Assembly: GCA_964187785.1 (NCBI GenBank)
Contig: OZ076421.1
Coordinates: 21,018,001 to 21,082,000 of the forward strand
Source of the DNA: Amphiscolops sp. MND2022
Taxonomy: Eukaryota
Direction: 5' to 3'
DNA: 64,000 nucleotides
Position numbers and translations under genes: made by a program. The notes beneath the pieces were generated by a model. That model was not told the DNA's origin and made no database searches. It worked only from the letters and a program-made list of their open reading frames with translations. This document shows, piece by piece, positions 47,001 through 57,021 of the stretch (positions within the stretch are counted from its first letter, which is position 1; each line of letters starts with the position of its first letter).

Positions 47001-48956
47001 TCCCATTGCTAGTTGGCTGGCATCCGTGTAGAGGATGAAAGGATCTTCCATTGTTGGGAAGGCTAAAATTGGTGTTGTGAGGAGTCGTGCTTTTAGATCT
47101 TCAAACGCTTGCTCTGCCTCGGTTGTCCACTTAAAAGGCGAGTTGGTTTCACTCGCTTTATGCAAGGGACGAGCAATTTCAGCGAAATTTTTGATGTAAC
47201 GTCTATAGTAGGAACAAAGGCCCAAGAATGACTTCACCTGTGTCTGGTTAATTGGGACCGGAAACTCTTTAACAGCTGCGATTTTTGTGGGGTCGACTTG
47301 AAGGCCTTCTTTGCTGATGACATGGCCCAAGAAGTGGACTTTGTTGCGAAAAAATTCGCATTTTAGGGGGTTTATTTTCAAGTTGGCTTGTCTAAATCTG
47401 CCTAGAACTTCCCTTACTCGTTTTAAGTGTTCCTCCGGTGAAGCGGCAAAGATGATACAATCGTCAAGGTAGGGGACTGTTGTTTTCCAGATAAGTTTCG
47501 CCAAAACGATTTCCATTAAATTTTGGAACGTCGGTGGACTGTTCGTGAGTCCCATCGGCATTACAAGCCATTGGAAGGAACCAAAAGGCGTGCTGAATGC
47601 AGTATACTCTTGACTGGTTTCGTCCAGGGGCAACTGGTAGAATCCCCAACTCATGTCTATAGTGGAGAAGACAGAACTTCCATCTAGAGTATCGAAAATT
47701 TCTTCAATCGATGGGATTGGCCAGCACGACTTGATTGTTTGACTGTTCAATTGCCTATAGTCAATGACCAGGCGGAGTTTGCCGTTTTTCTTCGGGACCA
47801 GCATGGCTGGAGCACTGTAGGGGCTATGACAAGGAGCTATCAATCCCTTGTCCAGAAAAGCGTCTAATTTCTCTTGGAGATCCTGTTTATAGTGGAGAGG
47901 CATTCTTCGATTGGGAATTTTAATCGGCTTTGATCCTGGGTATAAGTTTATTTTGTGTGTTGTGGCTTCGCAACGACCAATGTCCCATTGGTTTTGCGAA
48001 AACACATCTTCGAACTCGTAAACAAGTTCTGCAAATTTCTGTTTTACTTTGAATGGAATTTCCGGGCTAACTCCATCCACGACGTTTTTCAAATCGTACG
48101 ATTCGTCTTTTTCGTCTATTTTAGACTTCAAGCTTTTTGTTTCGGTTACTATATTTTGTATGGGTAAATCAGGGACTACTTCTGAAGTACCCAAAGTCGT
48201 CTTCTCATACAATATTAGTGGCTCTTCTCCGGAGTTTTCTATCGTTACCGGGATGTTTTCTTCACCGATGTTGAACACAATGCTTGGGGCCACTGCATCT
48301 TTACAGCCATCGAACCGTTCGTGCGGCTCGAAAATTGCTACACCCTCATTCATTGGGCGGTTCCAGTCCTTGATGTGCGCAGGCACTATCATTGTATGTC
48401 TTGGCGGTACCGAAACTGTCTCCGACACCACCACTCGGAACACTGTTGTCGTAGCGTCAGTGAGCTGACGATGATACAGGGGGACTGTCGTCTTTTCATC
48501 AAGACGCAGTATATCTTGGGAAAACAACGGGTCACATTTATGAGTTCTAAGGAAGTCTAAGCCGAGTAGACAGTCAGCTTCTGCTTGCTCCAGAACGTGA
48601 AACGCATGTTCGTAATGTCTCGGACCGATTTGCAAAGGTAGTTGCACAATGCCGCGTGTTACTATAGGTTGTTTGTTGGCTGCTACTAGCTTCGTGTCTG
48701 ACGGTTTTAGCTCTAATTTCTTCCCGTTCTTCAATTTCCCAAATGCATCAGAACTCAGGCAAGACACACTTGCTCCACTATCACACACAGCCTCAATCAC
48801 CGTATTAAAAATAGATAATTGGACAAATACACTTCTGTGATCCACCACAGAGTTAAGAGTCTGAATTTGTGGGCCTCGGTTTGTGGTCTTGTCTGCGCTC
48901 TGACCCGCTAGCGTAGACATTTCTAGTTTAAATGTTCCCTTTTGGCAGCCTTGCAT
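44016..48956 (-). CDS. pol: Pol polyprotein: protease, RT, RNase H, macrodomain, integrase
   Basis: Motifs AVCDSGAS (protease), YLDD (RT), LYTDAS...TDHSAL (RNase H), H-x6-H...C-x2-C and IGIDF...HSDQG...ERMN (integrase), and a GPY-like RGPY motif. Confidence 0.97.
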   Translation of the reverse strand: MQGCQKGTFKLEMSTLAGQSADKTTNRGPQIQTLNSVVDHRSVFVQLSIFNTVIEAVCDSGASVSCLSSDAFGKLKNGKKLELKPSDTKLVAANKQPIVTRGIVQLPLQIGPRHYEHAFHVLEQAEADCLLGLDFLRTHKCDPLFSQDILRLDEKTTVPLYHRQLTDATTTVFRVVVSETVSVPPRHTMIVPAHIKDWNRPMNEGVAIFEPHERFDGCKDAVAPSIVFNIGEENIPVTIENSGEEPLILYEKTTLGTSEVVPDLPIQNIVTETKSLKSKIDEKDESYDLKNVVDGVSPEIPFKVKQKFAELVYEFEDVFSQNQWDIGRCEATTHKINLYPGSKPIKIPNRRMPLHYKQDLQEKLDAFLDKGLIAPCHSPYSAPAMLVPKKNGKLRLVIDYRQLNSQTIKSCWPIPSIEEIFDTLDGSSVFSTIDMSWGFYQLPLDETSQEYTAFSTPFGSFQWLVMPMGLTNSPPTFQNLMEIVLAKLIWKTTVPYLDDCIIFAASPEEHLKRVREVLGRFRQANLKINPLKCEFFRNKVHFLGHVISKEGLQVDPTKIAAVKEFPVPINQTQVKSFLGLCSYYRRYIKNFAEIARPLHKASETNSPFKWTTEAEQAFEDLKARLLTTPILAFPTMEDPFILYTDASQLAMGTVLAQVQNGQERAICYASKAFSKSQSKYSVTRRELLAMVHFTRYFRHYLLGRKFKIVTDHSALRWLHNFKDPDGLIARWMEKLAAFDYEVQHRPGKSIGHADSLSRIPTESVQLTQECRTGVPGATKMKNCNNDEEWPNAQSNYSVHLLPRDTASIPLQAVIELNAKTNIHSKDKTGDLLEHEQPQEKPLQEELVITETGIVKYREVKGDLFSSSESLAHCISADFKMSSGIARSFKRKFPAQYPEDISKQTVPLWVQPLPGDGRFLYHLLTKERYYQKPTYTSLRASLEHMRSHAETNDVLKISMPQIGCGNDKLDWDLVRRLIREVFDGSNVCITIYLPPSISLESEGPPVETAKDNEPVHAHIDVRSAQDEDEALKIVKEWVRRGRVPRNNNLQGSPELAWKLYNQFHSLYLANDVLCRRYEPVGSELPYLQQIVPRTLVEHILTNLHSSATSGHLGLAKVMEKVRQRFWWPGFKEDIKLFIKRCSECQRRSDPPKTHRHSLVEWKASYPFHHIGIDFMGPLPASNGNKVILLIGDHFTKWYEAIPLPDQQATTTATALIEHWICRFGCPYSIHSDQGRNFESKLFQTLMTSLHIDKTRTTAFRPQSNAVIERMNRTIQNMLAKCVNAEQSNWSQQLPYVMMAYRSSVHESTGYSPQFLVHGREISLPIDLMHPAPETEKTMSPTDFVYNRKLAFQRAFELVRANINKNQKRRNAIYNEKIHGPTYEQGLKVLLHTPVVPVGQTTKFHNPWRGPYVILDCFNEVTYKIRELSTSKELIVHYDRLKPFCEKPATSNVPTRNTSSTQPTKPVHSNVPTRNNDLNTTPPETSHRCCMHFQQPPLQPMNLHSPAHLNHQTTPTPQSTSHNAQSPTQTRTPAFLSGNQHSQSFQSPGVQTMATPATPSVDNPSYRQAPASHTPLSNESRNIVENAAVQFRDMINRPYNLRASTRTQRLAEPLCNSSIPSELTDFNSPPLHSMPHSTKRSKKYTKKT
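45980..46400 (-). other. TARG1/OARD1 (Poa1p-like) macrodomain embedded in pol
   Basis: VKGDLFSSSESLAHCISADFKMSSGIARSFKRKF...FLYHLLTKERYYQKPTY...ISMPQIGCGNDKLDW closely follows the TARG1 pattern as I recall it. Confidence 0.9.
48885..48932 (-). promoter_or_regulatory. -1 ribosomal frameshift signal (U UUA AAC plus downstream stem-loop or pseudoknot)
   Basis: Slippery heptamer at 48932-48926 directly before the gag stop. After a 7-nt spacer comes the stem GTCTACGCT/AGCGCAGAC; loop GGTC can pair with downstream GACC. pol is in the -1 frame. Confidence 0.8.
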
Positions 48957-50143
48957 TCATTCTGGAAATGACCGACTCTCAAACAATTGAAACAAACTTT
49001 GCACTCCTTCGTTGTATGATTTTTGCGTGTGCAACGCTCGCACGGCTTCCGATTGTTTTGCGTGTTGTTATTGTTACCTTGTTTCTTGGGATGGGGGGAA
49101 TCTTGGCGATACTGTTGTTTTTGTGTTTTGTCAGATCTGCCTGCGTTATTTGGTCGTTCGCGTCCTTGTGACGACTGAAATCGTACTGACTGGCCACTCC
49201 GAGTGGAATCATTACTCTGCGATCTCGAGTGATCATATCTGTTTGATGATTTTGTGTCTCCTCGTTGATGGAAATCATTATTGGACCGATACGTTGACGA
49301 CTGAAGTTCAGTTTGTAATGATCGAACAAAATCAGCCATAATTTTGGACGCTGATGGCTCCGCTTCAGAAGAAGTACTAACTCGGTTAACTGTTTGAGCG
49401 GCTTGGGGGTTTCCGTTCTCAATCTCCAGGAACGAATTCAGCTCCATAGCCAAGGACAAAGCATCATCCGCTGTGGCTAGCTTGGCTTTTCGGAGCTCCC
49501 ATCGAAGCGTTTTGTCGCTTAACCCTTCAATGAAGCACGTCAGAACTACCGGATCAATCATAGCAGGATGATCCCGATATGCACGACGCGCCAGCGTCCG
49601 AACGTCACATAGGAAAGATGAAATATCTTGGTTGGGTTGCTGCTTCGCGGCTTTCAATCTTGCTTTCAGAATATCGCCATTAGTTGTGTAATTCTGGCGG
49701 AACGCGTCAACGAGCATATCGAAGTTAGTTTGTTGTGATGGAGACAACGTAGTGTAGAAATGCAAAGCATTTTCTCTCAATCGCAACGCAAAATAATGTG
49801 GTCTGTTATCGTGTGCGTTCGAATACCAGCCTGAGAGAAGTGCTGCTGTGTTAAATTGTTGCAGGTAATCTTCGAAATCACCTTTTCCTGTGAAAGACTC
49901 TGGCATCAGACATGACGGAAGCGGGGCTATGTATGGAACACTTGTTGGGTTTTGTCTACCGCCAGGCAGAGTGAAAAAGGAAGCTGTTGGGGTTGTACTA
50001 GTGTTAGGAGTTGTAGAACCCACGGTGGGTGCTTGTGCTGGTGCTTGGGAGCTACTTGCACCACCACTAGTAACTGGGGTTGTAATGGTATTGGTTACCG
50101 CTGTCGAGGTGGCCGTTGTGGGGGTGCTTGGTTGAGTGCTCAT
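48923..50143 (-). CDS. gag: Gag (406 aa from the first ATG)
   Basis: Capsid-like region (PESFTGKGDFEDYLQQF) and C-terminal zinc knuckles CERCTRKNHTTKEC and CFNCLRVGHFQNEC. Confidence 0.93.
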   Translation of the reverse strand: MSTQPSTPTTATSTAVTNTITTPVTSGGASSSQAPAQAPTVGSTTPNTSTTPTASFFTLPGGRQNPTSVPYIAPLPSCLMPESFTGKGDFEDYLQQFNTAALLSGWYSNAHDNRPHYFALRLRENALHFYTTLSPSQQTNFDMLVDAFRQNYTTNGDILKARLKAAKQQPNQDISSFLCDVRTLARRAYRDHPAMIDPVVLTCFIEGLSDKTLRWELRKAKLATADDALSLAMELNSFLEIENGNPQAAQTVNRVSTSSEAEPSASKIMADFVRSLQTELQSSTYRSNNDFHQRGDTKSSNRYDHSRSQSNDSTRSGQSVRFQSSQGRERPNNAGRSDKTQKQQYRQDSPHPKKQGNNNNTQNNRKPCERCTRKNHTTKECKVCFNCLRVGHFQNECKAAKREHLN

Positions 50144-50184
50144 TGTATTTGAACGCTTAAAGTCTACGTTAGGTCTAGAACGTT

Positions 50185-50583
50185 TCACATGCGATCCATT
50201 CGCAGCGGACCAAAATTGAGACTAGGTGGTTTGCAGTCGGGATAGATCAAATAGAATGGATTCGTTACGTGTATTGCTAGAAATTGATAATGAGAAGCCC
50301 AAATATTGGCTAATTGAGGGAAAAAGGACGCACAGGAAGCTTTTACACTTGCATTGTTATCAACACGACCATACGGGAAAGTTGAACAAACGTTTCGATG
50401 TTGCCAATTGTGGATAGCCTCAAGACGCAAATGAATCGACAGTTCATGTGCCGTAAAACGACGTTCTGGTTGATGCGATAATGGAATTTTGAAAAGTTTC
50501 ACTTGGCAGAAGTAGCAAGGAATAACGAAGTTTCGAGGCGGTGTGTTTGACAAAACGGAAACAGGTATGCTAAAAGTATACAT
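50185..50583 (-). CDS. Leader ORF-B, 132 aa, Cys/His-rich (possible zinc binding)
   Basis: ATG start, CYFC...HELSIH...HNWQH...C. Its stop lies 42 nt upstream of the gag ATG. Confidence 0.45.
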   Translation of the reverse strand: MYTFSIPVSVLSNTPPRNFVIPCYFCQVKLFKIPLSHQPERRFTAHELSIHLRLEAIHNWQHRNVCSTFPYGRVDNNASVKASCASFFPQLANIWASHYQFLAIHVTNPFYLIYPDCKPPSLNFGPLRMDRM

Positions 50584-50593
50584 TAGGCCGCTC

Positions 50594-50863
50594 CTACAGA
50601 GACGTATAGTCCACTCTTTGGGTTTGAAGTTCTTTACAAGTTATATTTATCTTGTTGATTTCGTACGACATCGCACAAAGGGCTAAAACGGTCAAGAGAA
50701 GCGCAAAACAGAGGATCAAGAGTAGAAAACTTAAAAAACAGGGCGTGAATATCGGTCTTTCACGTGTTTCGCTGTAAGAGGGCGGAGGACTTGATGGTCG
50801 AAGCGGTCGTTGGGGAAAAACGTACAACGGTAGGTGAGAATGCGTATTGTGAGCACAAGGCAT
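50594..50863 (-). CDS. Leader ORF-A, 89 aa, PPxY motif plus a single transmembrane segment
   Basis: ATG start, SSPPPSY, then CFLSFLLLILCFALLLTVLALCAM. Confidence 0.55.
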   Translation of the reverse strand: MPCAHNTHSHLPLYVFPQRPLRPSSPPPSYSETRERPIFTPCFLSFLLLILCFALLLTVLALCAMSYEINKINITCKELQTQRVDYTSL

Positions 50864-51093
50864 ATCAACAAAAAAAACTCGCGGCGGTTATTAGAATTTA
50901 GGTTATCAAAAAGAAAACGGAACTATTTTGATAGAAATGTTACAAAAAATTGGCTACTGTTTGTTTTATGACAAGCACTTACCGTGTAACTTCTTAAAAC
51001 TTAAGGGCATTGGGTCAAATGTGCCATTTTAAAGCCTGAGACACGCCGAAGCGGAAAGACACAGCATTGAGCTGGAAAACTAGGCACGGACCA

Positions 51094-51981
51094 TGTCCGG
51101 ATTGGGAATCTTATGGGCAACACTGGCGAACCAGGAAATGGCACATTTCAAAAAAAAATTTTTGGATCGGGTCTAGGACTAAGAATGTTTTGATGGGGGT
51201 TCTAAGTTACTTTAATTTTTTTTGTAAAAAAAACTTCTCTTTTTACAAATATCCCACTCCTGTCACCATTTTAACAATCGCTTTTTACTAGATTTCTATT
51301 CGTTTCAACTTTCGATGGGCGGGGCGATTGTTAGGGTAAATGGATATATTTTGTTTTCAAAAATGACTAGTGGATATTTCTAAAAAAAGGACAAGAAAAA
51401 AGTCTATAAGAATATGAAAACTCAATGTTAAAAAAACGATTTTTACTGATCAAAAATGTTAAATAACAAACACAACTTACATTTGGCTTGATGGATGAAG
51501 TTATGGCTTCGATAATTTTCTGCTTCTGAAGATACTTCTGCAGGTGCAAGAAACGTATAAATAATTAATCCTGCACTGGGTAAGAGTGGGGCTTTTGATG
51601 AATGTTAAATAAAAGAGCAGCTGAATTGGGCGCATAAAATAATAAGAGCAGCTTTAAATAAGGGGCAGCTGAAAAAAGGGGAAGTTGAATCAGACTCAAC
51701 AAAATATTTATTACTGCAAGGCAGCTGAAATTTTAGAAACGACCACGAGGCTTTTTAAATTGCACACTGCTTGGAACTGCCTGGATAATTGTTTGTAAAA
51801 TTTGTTTAAAAAGTAAAATGTGCACACCCATTGTTACAATGTATATTAAGCAACGCAGTTAATTTTTTTTAATATATAGATGTGTATATAGCAACAGAGT
51901 GTATACGTGTACACTGTATTTGTATTAAGCAGTATTCATATATAAAAGTCATTTCCTGTTTGCTTAGCTCTGTATGCTACA
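51094..51981 (-). repeat. 5' LTR of element B (inner boundary inferred)
   Basis: The outer end is certain from the match to 39991. The inner end is inferred from ...GGACA followed by the PBS-like TGGTCCGTGCCTAG (51093-51080). Confidence 0.65.
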
Positions 51982-52301
51982 AAAATTTGGCATTGCAGTC
52001 AAGAATGGTGGAGAAAAATAGATTTCAGCATATTTTATTCATGTTTTGAACACAGGAAGAACATACAATTAAAGTTGTTTGGAAAAGTATTTCTCTGAAC
52101 AAGTACTCACTAAGTTATGGCCACGTGCCTACGCCAAGTCCAAATCATTGTGAGAAAAAAATAAGGACTTCAAGTTGAAACATTCATGCTAACCTCAGGA
52201 TGAAAATTTTGAGAAACTAATAGTTTTCCGATCAAAAACACAAGCTAGTTTGTAGACTGGGAAAACTTTGAATCGTTTTGGAATAGATGGGTTGTTGGCT
52301 T

Positions 52302-52498
52302 CCCGGGTTTCCCGACCAGGCCGATCAAATTCTGACCACATTATGGCACCATAGAAATCATACAAATTTCCTTACTATGTTCTTGCCATGGTCGGCCTGG
52401 AATCATATATGGTCCAGAGTATGATCAGCCTGGAATCATACTGTGAGTATGATGGCAGAGTATGATTGACCTGTTTTTGTATGGAAGGGAAACCCGGG
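52302..52498. mobile_element. 197-bp MITE, TIR CCCGGGTTTCCC, TT flanks
   Basis: Same ends as 28609-29476 with the interior deleted. Confidence 0.8.
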
Positions 52499-53139
52499 TT
52501 ATGCAGCTTGGAAACTGCTCTTTAACAATGCATGTATATTTCCACGTTGCATGTAAAATAACCTTATAGCCTCGACTAGGGTTTTCTATCAACGACACAG
52601 GACGCATTACAGCTATAGGATACTTGGTAACTCCATTAGATCAAAAAAGTTTGCATTTTGCTCTCATTTCCTACTTGATAACGTCAACCTTTTATTTGTC
52701 AACCTTGAATTAATCAGGCATGGTCCTGAGACTACTCGATTGATAATCGCAAAACAAAAAGAATGAGTTGGAAAAGTTTGATTTCGTTTTTTGTTGCATT
52801 GTTGTACAAACATGCAAACAAAATTTTCAAAATATTTCAACACTGATGACACATCAACAGAAAACGAAAAAGGGATTCATGTTTTTATTTAGGGAGCAAA
52901 TGTCTTTGGACACGAAGCTTCGTTTACCATGCGTTTCTATGAGAAACAGCTAGAGGTTATCTTCCCTAATCAGTGGTTTCTCACAATTTCTGAAAGAAGT
53001 CAGGGAGAAATCTACATGTTTCAACACCAAAACTGGAAATGAATGATCAACTACACCTGAGTATTTCATCTGAGATTGAAAACAGTTTCTTGGAACTGGC
53101 TGGGTTGCCATCTGGGTACCTGTGACTCATTGATGGTAT

Positions 53140-56100
53140 TTAAGACTTGGGTTCAATCAAGCTTCTAAAAGTCTCTCTGAAAGTCTGGCTCCCGATGACG
53201 TAGAAAAAGAAGTTTGCGGAGTGATTCACGATCATAGAGAACTCCTGGAAGTAAAATGCATGTTATGTCAGAACATTTTCTCTAATTTGGTTTTAAAAAA
53301 CCAACAAATATTTCGAAATATAAATTCTAATTGAACGAGATGAGCGCTTTGAGTCATCAGTTTTAATGATATGAAGCATAGTTTACAACAATAGTATAGA
53401 TGCAAGTGTTATAGATGCCTGGCATAAGATTGAAGCATCTAGCAGGTGGAACTATAACTAGAACAAGTTGAACGGACGGAGCACAGATTCTTATCAGAGT
53501 GTATTATAGGAAAAAGAATCCCTTTTAAAGGTGGAACTCTTTCAACTACTTTTTTTCGAGTTAGCCATAAGGTTTTTTATTTCTTGAAACAAGGTTGAAG
53601 AATGAAAATATCAATTGAAAAAAACTAACCGCTACCAGAACGAGCAACTTGCGCATTTTAGTGTTGAATTCTGATTCTCCTGCGTAGTTACCGACAGCTC
53701 CAAATGTCACTCCCAGAGACACTATCACCAAGAGGAACAAGGTCGACACTAGCAATAGCGCAATCGCGGCGTCCTTCTCGTGGCGACCCAATTCCCCCCT
53801 TAGATTGCGCAACTTCCAAACAATGAGAACATTGAAAACGAAAACGGTCCCGAAAAATAGAAGGTCGGTCATAGGAGGAACTATTTGGATATAGGCTTCC
53901 AATGCGGCTCGTGGGATGAATTTGTTTGAAGTGTCAGATGCCAGACATATCCCTCCCTTTTGTTCCATCATCGCCATGGCCGGAGCATTTGAGATGAATG
54001 CGAAGAGAATCAAGGGCAGCATGATCAAAGTAGCCCTACGAGGTGTCGCACGTTGCCTGTAATCATGAGGCTTGGAAACTGCCCACAATCGGTCGACTGT
54101 CAAGGCAGTTAAATTCAGATTAGCTGAAACACATTTTTAAACGATTTCTTGAACTAAAATTTAATTTTGAAGAGGGAATTGCGAATTACTCGATTGTAAT
54201 TTTAATCTACTAAACAGTTAACTCTAAACAAGAGATACACCCGCTATGCACCAGGATATTTTGTGCCGTCAAATATTCAGGTCTAGCTCACAAAAAAAGA
54301 AACCAGTCTCAACCCGGGTTCGAACGCATGATCTACTACTTCCTGGCAGTCCGGTGTCCTATCAACTGGAACTCTTAACCAACTAAGTGGATTATCACTC
54401 AAGCGGTTTTTTGGCAGTATTTGGAAATAAACGCTACGCAAATGGTGATTTTCCTCCCCCGTACACAATAAATTATGGGGACGGGAAAACAAAACGATTG
54501 AATTTCCCTATAAAAAATAAAACTGTCACGCAGCGTATCTTTTGGACACTTTTGCGGGTTTTCGACATCAATAGAACAATATGATAAAAACGACAGGAAA
54601 CCTATAGTGAGTAAACCCCTTTGTCAATGTTCAGTTTCATACTTTTTCAAACGTAACACATCTAAACTATTCAATTTATTCTTTCGAGCACTTCGAAAGT
54701 AACTTCTGAAAAAAATTTTGATACGCTCTGAACAACTGTTGGTCAACATATATGACAGTTTCTGGTCCTGAAGTACCCTTGTTGAAACTGCTTGAACGTT
54801 TTGCATGGACATTCTTACGAGCAACTTTTAATCTGATTTTCTAAAAATTTTACGGGAAATTTCATGAATAAACGTTTCGCTGTTGTATTTTGCGGCAATT
54901 TTAGGCTTCGAAACTTGTACGTTTTATTAAGAAACAATCCTAATTTTAGAACCAAATAAGTTTCTATCAGCTTTACCGCTAAGTAAATCTAAAATAACTT
55001 CAGTCGCGTAATAAACAGCAACCCATGTTGAGCACACCCAAGTTTTAAAAAAGTTTCTGTGCGAATCTGTACAGATCTGTACAGATCCTTGCAGATATTC
55101 CAGGATTTGTTAAAAATTAACAATACGAAAATGACCAATAAATTACTATAACGTATTCCTAGTTTCCAGCATTTACTAAAACTACTCCAGCAAACCATGT
55201 TCCCAAAATATTACAACTACAGCACTTTATCAACACCTCTACCAACCCAGAAGATTGGCACATGTCAAATTTCATCCGTCAAAACGAAGTCAATATGGCA
55301 AACGAGCCTCTTAAAATTGAAAAACTACTTCTGGAAAGTTCAAGTGAAATGGATAAATTACCGTGTAAAACCAACACCGAACATTCCCCAGACACCAAAA
55401 TTACCGTGATGGGGACACGATTTCCTGCTCAAGAATTTTGAGCGATGGAGAGTTTCAACTGACTGAGCCTTGGTCAGCGAAAATATTTTTTGAAGAAGCC
55501 CAAAAATGAAATACATAGTTTCACTAGAAGGTCTGGAAAAATTTTCCTGAAAAATCTGTACAGAAAATCTTTGAAAATCTGTAAAGATCCTTACAGATCT
55601 GCAGTTGTCCTTACGTAGCAGTGGCACGATCTTTACAGATCCTCAAGGAAAATTGACTCACAGATCTGTACAGATTCTCAAGGAAAGCTCAACATGGGAA
55701 ATTAGCGTCTTGTTTAGCATCTTATTTGAGCAACAGTGATCAGATGAAAAGTTGAGAAAACAAAGAGTGAATGCAAAGTGATCGTGCCGGTAATGAAATG
55801 AGATTTACTTTCAAATTTAGTTACAGCATGTAAAATTCCGGCAGTCTCAACTATGGTAACCTCAACTGCGCAAAAATGTAATTTAGAAGTCGATACAAAT
55901 ACAAAATTTGCAAAAAAAAGATATTTAGTTTCAGTACATTTGAGCTTCAACGAAAATTTTCAGTATTTAAATCTTGAAAATTTGTTTTGAAGCTCAATTG
56001 TACTGAAACTAAATATTTTCAGAAAAGCGATGAAACAGTAACTTTTCTACAAATTTGGCATTTTTCTTTATTACTTGATAACGAACAATTTTGACGTGAA

Positions 56101-57021
56101 AATTGTGGCATGTTGAAAGAAAAGTTTCGGCTGAATCAAGTTGGTCTAGAATGTTTCAAAAAATTAGGTTGGTTTTTTGCTGTCCAGATTTTTAACCAAA
56201 ACTGAAAAATTCAACGCAAAATTCCTGGATAAAAACACATACGAAGACTTTCCATGCCAATAGTCTTTGAACATTGAAAATGCGCAGGTTCTCTTTTCAG
56301 TAATTTACAAAAAGTTGTGAAATTATTACTGTGCCAGTCTCTCTAAAATTGAATTACAGAAAAAACAATCTCAAATTCCAAGAACGTCAAGTTTGAATTT
56401 AATGTCAGGGTTTTTTAGTAGAATCCAATAGAAAAAGTTGAACAGTGGCGTGTTCACACATTGACTCAGTCGTTGAGCCATTTCTAAGTTTTAATAAGTT
56501 CCTGTAAAAATTATTTCTACATTCGAAGCTGTTCTACATTCCTGGAATTTGAGATTGTTTTTTTTGGAATTCATTTCAAAAGAAACCTAAGTTAGGATTA
56601 TATTTTTACTGTCTTCAACTTCTTTTCCTAAACTTTTTCTAGGCAGCCATCTATTTAATTCAAAATGAAACTATTAACCTGCATTTCTGAACGAAATACC
56701 CAAAGACCTCATCACCATACAAGTGTAGTCATTATTGACAACATTGCTCCACTGGAACCATCCGAACATAGCGCTCTGGACTGCAGTTGTGGTACTAGCC
56801 AGCGAATCGGTGACAGCCAGGTACTTCATGAGCCCAGTGCCAGTCGTTTGGTTCCTCAGCCGGGAAGCTGTGACGAAAGCGAGAGCGTTGCCTGCTAGAC
56901 TCAAGGTTGCCAGTCCAACATTGACCCAGCTCATGCCAGATATGGCTAGATCCAGGTCCACGTCTGCTTCTGGCAATAAAGTTGTGTTACTATCGAACAC
57001 GTTGATCACGTCAAGAGACAT
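53140..57021 (-). CDS. Rhodopsin-like (class A) GPCR, peptide-receptor-like; exons 57021-56679, 54123-53630, 53244-53140 (313 aa)
   Basis: GN in TM1, LAVTD in TM2, TVDRL at the TM3 end, TM7 NHSANFFFY plus helix 8 GSQTFRETF. Canonical GT-AG joins are in frame (942 nt total). Confidence 0.88.
54290..54390 (-). mobile_element. Possible tRNA-derived SINE head in GPCR intron 1
   Basis: Box A-like TAGTTGGTTAAG, box B GTTCGAACCC and a T-rich tail. No clean cloverleaf. Confidence 0.35.
55022..55698. mobile_element. MITE with TIR CCCATGTTGAGC, AA flanks and ACAGATCTGT subterminal repeats
   Basis: Perfect 12-bp TIR with identical 2-bp flanks. Confidence 0.75.

Larger units (their letters stand above)
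39442..51981 (-). mobile_element. Env-bearing Ty3/Gypsy retrovirus-like element B with accessory ORFs (young, near intact)
   Basis: LTR copies 39442-39991 and 51432-51981 show ~5 differences in 550 bp by eye. PPT present. gag, pol and env are intact, with additional ORFs. Confidence 0.92.

Noticed and set aside
44180-50417. Many 60-150-aa ORFs antisense to or overlapping gag and pol of element B
   Set aside because: Expected shadow ORFs of a long coding region, with no motifs.
51982-51986. TSD of element B
   Set aside because: The partner flank is inside the assembly gap, so it cannot be tested.
54290-54390. Functional tRNA gene
   Set aside because: Acceptor and anticodon stems do not pair cleanly. 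At best a tRNA-derived SINE.
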